Origin: Pseudomonadota bacterium
GTDB taxonomy: Bacteria; Bdellovibrionota_B; Oligoflexia; Oligoflexales; CAIMVM01
Direction of reading: 5' to 3'
Length of the DNA stretch: 64,000 nt
Assembly: GCA_037142195.1 (NCBI GenBank)
Contig: JBAXBA010000001.1
Coordinates: 32,001 to 96,000, forward strand
The translations under genes were made by a program, and so were the position numbers. This document shows positions 18,397 to 26,832 of the stretch, piece after piece (position 1 is the first letter of the stretch; each line of letters begins with the position of its first letter). Under the pieces are notes generated by a model, which was not told the DNA's origin, ran no database searches, and was given only the letters and a program-made list of their open reading frames with translations.

Positions 18397-19353
18397 ATGG
18401 CAAAAAAAGAAAACAAGAAACTTGTGGCGCATGAAAAGTCCTCTCATTCTAACCGCCATGATAGTCATGACGAGCACCAAGCACCCCATGAAGAGCACGA
18501 GGAAGGCGAACCTTGGCTCGTCTCCTATGCAGATATGATGACTCTGCTATTTGGATTCTTTGTGGTGATGTATTCCTTTGCATCTAAGAATACTAATAGT
18601 GAAGAGTATGTGAAGATGAAGCTTGAACTGGCATTTTCTGACAAAGGGTCCGTTGAGGGAATGAATATCGTAGAACTCACGGAGCATCTTGTAAAGATCA
18701 TGCGCCAAAATGCTTCCGAGGAAAAGAAAAACCTCCTCTCTGGATTAGGTGAATTAGAAAATGCGAATGCTCCCAAGATGGTAGACACACAACAAGTTTC
18801 AAAAATGGTAGAAAGCCTTAAAATTCTTTTAGCAGGCATTGATAAGGATGTGTTTGAGAAAGACCAAAAGCAGGCTGCAATCTTTGAAGATCTGAAACAA
18901 AACCTCAATGAAAAACTTGGCAATTTTCAGGTGAAAAATGAAGGCCGAAACCCCTACAGTGCCATCACGATTTCACTGGGATTTTCTGACCTTTTGAATC
19001 AAGAAAGCCAAGTAAGCCCCACCGGTAAAACTGTCCTGGATCGAATCATAAGCCACTCCATCAAGATGAGTCCAAACCCCCAAATCAAAGTAGAAGTTTT
19101 TTCAGAGGCCTCGTCAAACCCAAGAAGCGATGTAGCAAAAACTATGGCCATCGCCAATGTCGTGAACCAATATTTATTAAGTAGTGGTCTTGACCCCTCG
19201 CTTTTGGCGTCGGCTGCCTACGGTAGTATGAAACCTCTTGTGGATTACATCGACAAAAATGGCGCCGTCGATAAAATCGCAAGTATCCGAAATAACCGTA
19301 TAATTATTACTATAGAAAAGAGGCTTCTCGAAAAGAATAACCCTAAAATGTAA
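18397..19353 (+). CDS. motB: MotB-family stator B subunit with degenerate OmpA-like domain
   Basis: WLVSYADMMTLLFGFFVVMYS with conserved ion-binding Asp; C-terminal YLLSSGLDPSLLASAAYGSMKP...NNRIIITI. Confidence 0.9.
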   Translation: MAKKENKKLVAHEKSSHSNRHDSHDEHQAPHEEHEEGEPWLVSYADMMTLLFGFFVVMYSFASKNTNSEEYVKMKLELAFSDKGSVEGMNIVELTEHLVKIMRQNASEEKKNLLSGLGELENANAPKMVDTQQVSKMVESLKILLAGIDKDVFEKDQKQAAIFEDLKQNLNEKLGNFQVKNEGRNPYSAITISLGFSDLLNQESQVSPTGKTVLDRIISHSIKMSPNPQIKVEVFSEASSNPRSDVAKTMAIANVVNQYLLSSGLDPSLLASAAYGSMKPLVDYIDKNGAVDKIASIRNNRIIITIEKRLLEKNNPKM

Positions 19354-19373
19354 TTCCTAAATGCAAGGGGCCT

Positions 19374-20348
19374 ATGACGAAAGAGTTGATAACCAGGATA
19401 AATAGAAAACATTTACTAGGGATTGTGATAGTAGTACCCCTGCTTTTGTTAGTATTTTATGCAGTAGCCGCAAGATACAAGTCTAGCCGATCTAAATCTG
19501 AAATCACACAGATTCCACCGCCTGACAAAGCCGAGTCAATGGATGCCGACAGCAAAGCTTTCCAAAATACCAAAGCACAAGTTCCCCTTAAAAATGTCAA
19601 CCCCAGTCAGAAAATCTTAGCCCAGCTAAAAGATATTTTTGGCGAGATCCGTGTCAAAAGAGCCTTTTCCGCTACCTGGAACCAAGTTTTTACAGGAGTG
19701 GATCTCTATGACGGAGATCAAGTATATGGAGGATCCGTATCTGCAGCAAAAGTAGTCTATACGCGCGATGGATCCCAGATAAGCCTATCTGGATATTCCC
19801 TTTTACGTATTGCCCAATTGCCTCCTTTAAAGTCAGAATACTCCCGCGGATCCACCACAAACTCGGAGTTTGTTCCTCCAGAAGGGACCACAGAATTTGC
19901 CTATCTCATGAAAGATCCTGGCGGCCAAGCAGTTAAAGCCCCGAAGCTTTCCGATGCCGAGGTGGAGGCCCTAAGACAACGTTCCATAGTTAAGGACAAA
20001 ATCGTAATCTTAGGTCCAGCCGGAAACCTTATGCTTTTTGCTAAGAGCTTTCCAGCCCCGTTAGCGGTGAGGCTTGAGCGGCTTTGGGACAACACCAAAC
20101 TCTGGGCCTATATATGGGATCAAAGCCAATCTGGATCAGCCCCGGTATGGACTGGCCCTTCTAGAGGGTCCTTCTCTAAAGTATTGATTCCAAAGCCTGG
20201 AATCTATTTTTTGGTGATCAAAAGTGAAGATGGCCGTGCTGAGTCACAGATCATGGAAATTGCTGCTTCATTGAGAGTAGAAAAAGAATTCCCAGTTTTA
20301 GGCTTCGATCAACATACACACAAAAACTTGACGGTGGTCTATCAATGA
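19374..20348 (+). CDS. Single-pass membrane protein with FecR-like domain
   Basis: TM, then GEIRVKRAFSATWNQV..GVDLYDGDQVYGGSVSAAKVVY.DGSQISLSGYSLLRI. Confidence 0.65.
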   Translation: MTKELITRINRKHLLGIVIVVPLLLLVFYAVAARYKSSRSKSEITQIPPPDKAESMDADSKAFQNTKAQVPLKNVNPSQKILAQLKDIFGEIRVKRAFSATWNQVFTGVDLYDGDQVYGGSVSAAKVVYTRDGSQISLSGYSLLRIAQLPPLKSEYSRGSTTNSEFVPPEGTTEFAYLMKDPGGQAVKAPKLSDAEVEALRQRSIVKDKIVILGPAGNLMLFAKSFPAPLAVRLERLWDNTKLWAYIWDQSQSGSAPVWTGPSRGSFSKVLIPKPGIYFLVIKSEDGRAESQIMEIAASLRVEKEFPVLGFDQHTHKNLTVVYQ

Positions 20349-22558
20349 TAGCAAAAAAAATTCGACATCTTCCCCTGCAGTTTTTCACATCGCTAGCGCG
20401 AATTTTGAACTACTTGCCCCTACGCCATAAATTGGGGCTCATCACTATTCTTTCTACCTTTTTGGTCTGTGGTATCACAGCCTACGTAATTTTGACTAGC
20501 TATGAAAAAGAAAGAGTCACCTATGTATTTGAGACTCACCAACACGCTGTAGAGGCGGCTGCCGCCAATATTAACAGTTCTATACGCGCCAAAATTGCCG
20601 TTTTAAAATTTGATGTCTTAAAAGATATCCCCCCGGGACTGAAAAAAATCCCTGACAGCACGGAAATTATTTTTGACCGAGATCCGACGACTAAGGATTC
20701 TATTGTCTACGCTAGGTCCCCGAATTCAGATCTTATCAAATACAAAATCCCTCGTAATCTCATATTGGACACCCTAAATCAAGTTTCTCATCAAAGGATT
20801 TTAGTTTTGAGCCAAGAAGGCGAAATTCTCGCGGCATCACAAGACAAAAAACCTCAGGGCAAAACAAAGGATGCCATTATTGACTTTATATTCTCGGGCT
20901 CCTTTGTCGAAGGCTCGTCAATGCTAAATCTAAACGGAAAACGTACTGCAGCCAGCCACATGGAAATTAAGGATTCCAATCTGATTGTGCTTGCTCTAAC
21001 AAATATCGACACGATTACAGAAGATCTCCTTAAAACCATCGCTCGGTGGCTATTAATTGCATTGCCAATTTTCATCTCAAGTGCTTTTTTCCAATCATTC
21101 TATGTGGGCAAAATCATGAGGCCTCTCTATAAGCTTATTGATCGATTTACTGAAATTTCTCAGGGAAATTTTGGAGGAAAGGAGCTCGTTGCCGAAGGTG
21201 AATTTCAGACTATTTTGGTTGGGGCGGCCAAAATGCAAACCGCGATCCAGGAAAGAGAGCAACGACTCGCCATCCTTTCCGTGTGTTTAAGGCAACTTAT
21301 GGAGATGAGTCAAAATCGTCGCAAATTTACCGATCATTTTATAATCGTAAACGCGATCGTGGACGCACTCTTACCCTTCTTATCAAGACTAAAGACAACC
21401 CCTATAATTTGGGTGAATCTTGAAAATAAAGCCACGTATTCTCTATCTCTAACCGGCCAAAGGTCCACATTAAAGCCCAACCCAGAAAACGACCTCATTG
21501 ATTTAGATCAATTGAATAGTTTTCGAATGCCTACCATTGAGAGAAGCGACAACCTACCATTTAAAAATTCATTCGAATCTGAGCAGATCTACGTCATGAT
21601 CATTCCTTTTAAACTTGAAGAAGTCACTTTTGGTTGCCTTTTTTTGCCGATAAAATCTGGTTTCTACCACAAAGAACTTGATGAGTTCTCAACCCTAATA
21701 TTTCGCACTGTAGAGGCTATATTTATTGAAAACCACGCCGAAGAAATGAAAGTCAGTTCCCTTCTCATCAGCAATGAACTTGCGCTAGCAAGGTCCATTC
21801 AGGAAAAAACAATCTCAGTACACGGTGAAATCAAGGGCGCTGCTGTAGAATGGCTATTTAATCCCGCCCAGATGGTTGGTGGCGACCTTCTCATGATCTA
21901 TCAATATTCCAAGTGGAATGCCATCGACTTCTATCTAGGTGACGTTACAGGCCACGGGGTTGATTCCGCATTTCATACATCCTTAGTCGCTGGAGCCATC
22001 GAATTCTATGAAGGCCAAGTAGGCAGGCAGATAGAACTTGCGGAAGACTTTAAAAATGGAAAGGACCTTTCCTCACTTTCAAAAATCCTTAGTGACCTTT
22101 TGATCAATAAAGGAAGTGGCAAATTTATGAGTCTTTGCGCCGGCACTTTATTTGCAAATACCGGCGAGATGATTTTTGTACTAGCGGGTCATCCACCCCC
22201 CATTATATTAGATTGCAACTTTAACCTTAAGAATATTTCTTCTAATTCCAAATCTTGTGGTCTTATTGGAGAGCACGACTTCCCAGAAGATCCTGAACTA
22301 TTTAGAATTCAACTTGCTAAAGGTGACTCCGTGCTCCTCTATACAGACGGTCTTTTAGAAAATGCGACAAATTCTGCTGGCTCAAGTCTAAATCGCAAAA
22401 AGTTAAGTAAAAAACTCGGTGAACTCTACAAACTCCGTCTCGCCGGTGGCATTGAACCAGGGCAACTTCCGCAAGTTTTGATGGACTGGACAAAACAAGA
22501 ATACGATGCGTATCAAATGAACGACGATGTTGCGATCCTTGTGATTCACTATGCATAG
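20345..22558 (+). CDS. Membrane sensor HAMP + SpoIIE/PP2C serine phosphatase
   Basis: Two TMs flanking a periplasmic domain, HAMP (IMRPLYKL..ISQGNF), ELALARSIQ, VGGDL, GDVTGHG, AGHPP, YTDGL, DDVAIL. Confidence 0.9.
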   Translation: MIAKKIRHLPLQFFTSLARILNYLPLRHKLGLITILSTFLVCGITAYVILTSYEKERVTYVFETHQHAVEAAAANINSSIRAKIAVLKFDVLKDIPPGLKKIPDSTEIIFDRDPTTKDSIVYARSPNSDLIKYKIPRNLILDTLNQVSHQRILVLSQEGEILAASQDKKPQGKTKDAIIDFIFSGSFVEGSSMLNLNGKRTAASHMEIKDSNLIVLALTNIDTITEDLLKTIARWLLIALPIFISSAFFQSFYVGKIMRPLYKLIDRFTEISQGNFGGKELVAEGEFQTILVGAAKMQTAIQEREQRLAILSVCLRQLMEMSQNRRKFTDHFIIVNAIVDALLPFLSRLKTTPIIWVNLENKATYSLSLTGQRSTLKPNPENDLIDLDQLNSFRMPTIERSDNLPFKNSFESEQIYVMIIPFKLEEVTFGCLFLPIKSGFYHKELDEFSTLIFRTVEAIFIENHAEEMKVSSLLISNELALARSIQEKTISVHGEIKGAAVEWLFNPAQMVGGDLLMIYQYSKWNAIDFYLGDVTGHGVDSAFHTSLVAGAIEFYEGQVGRQIELAEDFKNGKDLSSLSKILSDLLINKGSGKFMSLCAGTLFANTGEMIFVLAGHPPPIILDCNFNLKNISSNSKSCGLIGEHDFPEDPELFRIQLAKGDSVLLYTDGLLENATNSAGSSLNRKKLSKKLGELYKLRLAGGIEPGQLPQVLMDWTKQEYDAYQMNDDVAILVIHYA

Positions 22559-23265
22559 AGTACAGCGTCTCTGATATAACAACGGATACTCAACTCTAAA
22601 TTGGTTGAGGGACAGTTTTAGCAGTGATACAAGTTTCTATTTAGATGTTGGCTACTTTTAAATATTTCTAGAGGATTCCTTAGTCAAACCAACTCGCCTC
22701 CCGATGATAATAGCGAATGTCCCTCGGAGCTCTGGTTATAGATAGTGGAGCATGCTATTCCCCTATTTCCATCATTAAGATCTCCGCGATATTTTTCGGT
22801 AGCTCTATACCCATCTGATTAAAAATAAAATTGGCATAGATTCCCAATGAATTTCAGGACACTTATTTTCCATATCAAAAACAGTAATAGTTGCAGTTAC
22901 TCTATTCCTTTAACACGTCGAGTATTCGGATTAAGTATTTATATTATAAAAATTTTTTGGCTTATAGATTTCTCACTTAAATGCACAAATATAATAGATT
23001 TATTATTTTATAACATTGGGTATCTCCTCCTTGAGGAACTCACTTCACATACTAGATTTTCTGACTTAAAACACATTAGACATTTTTGGGGGACGTTTCT
23101 TTACTGCAACTTTAGGGGAATAATTCTTTCTACAGCTTTACTTAAATTTTAATAAGCAAAACATTGTGATTTTTAGATACAAGGTAGAAAAAATTCCGAT
23201 CAAATATTTGACTTAAAACTTACTGGAATATATGGTTATTGGCACAATATAAATTGGGAGTTCTT

Positions 23266-23619
23266 ATGAAAATGAATTTTGGACTATTCACAGCGACTGC
23301 ACTTACAGCAATTATGGCGGGCGCAAACGTTGCAAATTCGGCACCAGAACTTGTAGACGGACACTACTGTGCTAACAATTCGTGTAAAGGAAAGTCAGAT
23401 TGCGGCGGCATGGGCAACAACAACGGCTGCATGGGCAAAAATGAATGTAAGGGTAAAGGTTTTTTAACGGCCGCATCTGCAGCTGATTGCAAAAAGGCTG
23501 GCGGCAAATGGGCCGCTGCTTCAGAGCCAAAAATGGACGGTGAAGCAGCTGCTCCTAAAGACGCAGCTCACGCACTTCCTAAAGACGCTGCACATGCAGC
23601 TCCCAAAAAGAAGAAATAG
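23266..23619 (+). CDS. Six-Cys exported RiPP precursor, bufferin BufA2-like
   Basis: Signal peptide, then CANNSCKGKSDC...GCMGKNECKGKG...DCKKAGGK; RBS GGGAG; adjacent to DUF692 gene. Confidence 0.82.
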   Translation: MKMNFGLFTATALTAIMAGANVANSAPELVDGHYCANNSCKGKSDCGGMGNNNGCMGKNECKGKGFLTAASAADCKKAGGKWAAASEPKMDGEAAAPKDAAHALPKDAAHAAPKKKK

Positions 23620-23642
23620 TCGATTTTTTTCGCTCATGATAG

Positions 23643-23672
23643 AAGCTCTCAGTGTAATTCTGGGAGTTTTTT
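23643..23672 (+). terminator. Stem-loop/terminator between precursor and MNIO gene
   Basis: AAGCTCTCAG-TGTAATT-CTGGGAGTTTTTT. Confidence 0.6.
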
Positions 23673-23731
23673 GTTATTTGATTCCTAGTTATTTTTTGTT
23701 TTTATCTAATTGTGGTTCGTTGGAGGTTTAC

Positions 23732-25402
23732 ATGACTGGATTAGGCCTAGGCTTTAGACCTACTCATTATAAAGACATTATTGAATCCAAACCCGAATTG
23801 GATTTTGTAGAAATTATATCTGAGAATTTCATGGCCGTGGGTGGTAATGCCAGGAGAAGATTGGATCAAGTTAGAGATTTGTACCCAGTAGCTATGCATG
23901 GGGTGAGCCTGTCTATCGGAAGTGAAGATATGCTCGACATGCACTACCTTAGGGAGTTGAAAAAGCTAAGTGATTGGCTTCAACCGTTTGTTATAAGTGA
24001 TCATCTTTGTTTTACAAAGAATTCGGCCGGCAAGCCGATCTATGATCTTCTTCCTATTGCTTATACCACTAAGTCCTTAGAGCATCTGGTATCGCGAGTT
24101 CGCCAAGTCCAAGACTTCCTAGGACGATCTATTTTGCTAGAAAATCCTAGTGCCTACTTGGCTTGGCAAGGTTCGAATCTATCTGAAGTAGGTTTTCTAA
24201 AGGAACTTTGTAAACGAAGTGGTTGTGGAATTTTGTTGGATTTGAATAATTTGGTCGTAAATCAAAAAAATTTGGGCCTTGATCCCGTGGAATATTTGCT
24301 CGAGCTCGGACCTGAAGTACGGCAATTTCACATTGCTGGGCATAAAATTTCAGAAGGCATTCGAATAGATACCCACGATGAGCCCGTAAGCGATGAAGTG
24401 TGGGATTTGTTGGAAATTGCCAAGGACAAATGGCCGGACGTACCAGTCCTTCTAGAAAGAGACGATAATATTCCACCCTTAGCCGAACTTTTAGAGGAAC
24501 TTAGATTTGCGAGAGATGTGGTGTCAAAGCCATCGAAGCACAGAAGTCTAAGTACGAAGTCATCTTCTGGCATTTCCTTATATTTAGCCGATGTGGACAG
24601 CAGCCCGACCAATCTGGAAATTTTGACCGATGAAATTTTTTTAGGCCAGGATATTGATTCTAAAGTCTTAGATGCAAATTTCCTGTGTGATTTGACTACA
24701 TCCAGCACGTTGGGGATGAATACCTATAAATATGCCTATTTTGAACGCATTGAAAGCGCCTTAAAAGATACTTTCAAAATTCTTTTTTATATCGCAGAAG
24801 ATGATGGATTTAGAGCGATTGTGAATCATTATTTGACTCACCGAAAGTCAAAGCATTGGTCTTTAAATTTCATCGGTGATGAACTTGCCAGGACGCTAAG
24901 GGATTTTCAACTCGATTTTGATTTCGGAGTCCCTCAGGCTCTTATGGCCCAGATCGCAGAATTGGATCAATTCCAAATGGAAACTTTTTTGGCGCCAGAT
25001 TCTCAAATCTTGGTACCTGAATTACTTAAGAATTTGCGGCCACATGAACTTGAGGAATTAAGGGTCGGCCTTGCTCCTTCCTCCCGTTTTACATCACAAG
25101 GATGGAGTTTGAAACGCTTGGCACAGGAAGTGGCAAATTCTCTCCCGCCATCTATTCCCCTGGCTTCGCCTACTTTTTTAGCGATAACTCGCAAGAATTT
25201 TCAGCCGATGATTTCAGAGCTCTCCAGTTCTCAGTTTAGGTTGATCGAAGACATCAAATCAGAATCCATTTTTAGGAATGTCATAGGTCATGATATGAAT
25301 AGACTTTCTGATTTTGTCTTCCTAGCCGAGATAGGCGCGTTTGTAAGACTTACAGATGAGACTGCTTTTGTCAGATCTTCAGGTGCAACCGAGCCCTCAT
25401 AA
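23732..25402 (+). CDS. MNIO (DUF692) RiPP-modifying enzyme fused to DUF2063-like partner domain
   Basis: ATG 23732 after GGAGG; GLGFRP.HY, EIISENF, HGVSLSIG, SDHL, LLENPSAY, LDLNNL, FHIAGH, IDTHD, LLERDD; C-half GMNTYKYAYFERIESALKDTF. Confidence 0.88.
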   Translation: MTGLGLGFRPTHYKDIIESKPELDFVEIISENFMAVGGNARRRLDQVRDLYPVAMHGVSLSIGSEDMLDMHYLRELKKLSDWLQPFVISDHLCFTKNSAGKPIYDLLPIAYTTKSLEHLVSRVRQVQDFLGRSILLENPSAYLAWQGSNLSEVGFLKELCKRSGCGILLDLNNLVVNQKNLGLDPVEYLLELGPEVRQFHIAGHKISEGIRIDTHDEPVSDEVWDLLEIAKDKWPDVPVLLERDDNIPPLAELLEELRFARDVVSKPSKHRSLSTKSSSGISLYLADVDSSPTNLEILTDEIFLGQDIDSKVLDANFLCDLTTSSTLGMNTYKYAYFERIESALKDTFKILFYIAEDDGFRAIVNHYLTHRKSKHWSLNFIGDELARTLRDFQLDFDFGVPQALMAQIAELDQFQMETFLAPDSQILVPELLKNLRPHELEELRVGLAPSSRFTSQGWSLKRLAQEVANSLPPSIPLASPTFLAITRKNFQPMISELSSSQFRLIEDIKSESIFRNVIGHDMNRLSDFVFLAEIGAFVRLTDETAFVRSSGATEPS

Positions 25403-25538
25403 CCGTCTAATAATTTTCTTTTGTCGCCTATGCGGGTCCGTTTGTGGCTCGTCTGTTTACTTTTACATATTTTTTTGGTTCTATTTATTTTCACTTGCCA
25501 TCTTTGATTACCAAGATTGGCTTCCCCTTAGTTAGGGA

Positions 25539-26807
25539 TTAATCCTGATTCCAGTTTTGCTTCACCTGGTTTTTTGATTCCAAATTTGTCTTTTTCCATT
25601 CGCGACCCCATCTTGCTTTTTCGGGACATGACTCTTCTTGATTAGACTGCAATCTCATCCAAAAATCCCATTTGTGTTCGCCTTTTGGCAAAGATGAGAC
25701 TTCGAAGTAGAGTCCTTGTGTGTCCGTGCCTGCCTCTACTGCTGGGACAAGTTTGTGATTTTCATCACTTGCCGTAGCCCAAAGCGGAAGAAAGTTCTTT
25801 TGGGCCAATGTCATGGGAATTTTCAACTGCATGGTAAGCAGGTCAGATGTTGATACTTGATAATTGCAATAGCCTAGACCGCATTTTTTAGCATCAATAG
25901 ATTGAGGATTGAGGCTTTCTTTAGAAACTTCTGAAATATTTTTTCTAGAAAAAGGAAGTCTGCTTTTCCAGGAATAGTAGATACCGCTTTTCTGATTCAA
26001 ATTCTTTGACAGGTCTCTTGGCGCATACATGATCATGGGTACATTTACCTGTCTCTCGTAGAAATACACGTCCGTAATGAGAGATAGTTTTATTTTGAAG
26101 AAAAGGAGGTTTAAGTAGAAAGAAACCTTTCCTACTAAACCTAAAGGGCCGAGCCTGAAATCTTCAAGTTTGCTTGTAATGGCGCTTGGGCCAAAGTTTA
26201 AATTGAAAAAGTTCTTGATGTCTAAATGGAAATTAATGTTGGAGTCATGAGCTACAGAGATCCATTTGTTGTCTTGAAGTAATTCAATGTTTTGAAACAA
26301 AATATGATTTTCAGGATTGAACGAGTATTTGTAGAATTTTGAACTGATGATTCCCTTTAAGGGGTCATAAAAAATTGGGGATTGCATGGTGTGAGCTTCT
26401 TCACATGCGAAAATCCAAGCTGTGCCTGAACTTCCCAGTATTTCGCGACCCCATTTATATTTACAAGGGGGTGTGACTGGTTGAGTCGAAGTACCAGGAT
26501 CCGTCATAAAAAACCGCATCCGATCATCAAAGCTAATGGGGTCTTTCAAATAGTCCTTAGAAGTTAAAATTAAGCCCCCTTCGCCGTCTGTGGGGTCAAT
26601 TTGTTGAGGGACTTCCTGCCACTTGGTCTGTTGGAACTCAAAAAGTCTTAGAGATTCCCTGCTATAGCCCTCCGCCCCAGACCCTCCTAAGCCCACCTCA
26701 AGGGGGCAGAATGCCTTACTAATTCCAGAGCAACTTATTAATATAATTGCGTTTATTAGATTAATTCTACTTGCGTATAGATTTATTTTGCTGCCTCCAT
26801 TAAACAA
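25539..26807 (-). CDS. Hypothetical exported protein
   Basis: Long ORF with a signal-like segment (NAIILISCSGISKA); the upstream part of the tracked ORF overlaps queA and is discarded; start uncertain. Confidence 0.65.
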   Translation of the reverse strand: MFNGGSKINLYASRINLINAIILISCSGISKAFCPLEVGLGGSGAEGYSRESLRLFEFQQTKWQEVPQQIDPTDGEGGLILTSKDYLKDPISFDDRMRFFMTDPGTSTQPVTPPCKYKWGREILGSSGTAWIFACEEAHTMQSPIFYDPLKGIISSKFYKYSFNPENHILFQNIELLQDNKWISVAHDSNINFHLDIKNFFNLNFGPSAITSKLEDFRLGPLGLVGKVSFYLNLLFFKIKLSLITDVYFYERQVNVPMIMYAPRDLSKNLNQKSGIYYSWKSRLPFSRKNISEVSKESLNPQSIDAKKCGLGYCNYQVSTSDLLTMQLKIPMTLAQKNFLPLWATASDENHKLVPAVEAGTDTQGLYFEVSSLPKGEHKWDFWMRLQSNQEESCPEKARWGREWKKTNLESKNQVKQNWNQD

Positions 26808-26832
26808 GGCGCAAATAGGTTGTGAGGCAATT

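Noticed and set aside
11903..19353. Zorya (ZorAB) anti-phage system
   Set aside because: The MotA is ordinary length with no long ZorA tail, there are no ZorC/D/E-like genes, and a FliG-like partner is present.
23540..23731. N-terminal extension of the DUF692 ORF
   Set aside because: Overlaps the precursor gene and hairpin; ATG 23732 has a GGAGG RBS and matches the family start.
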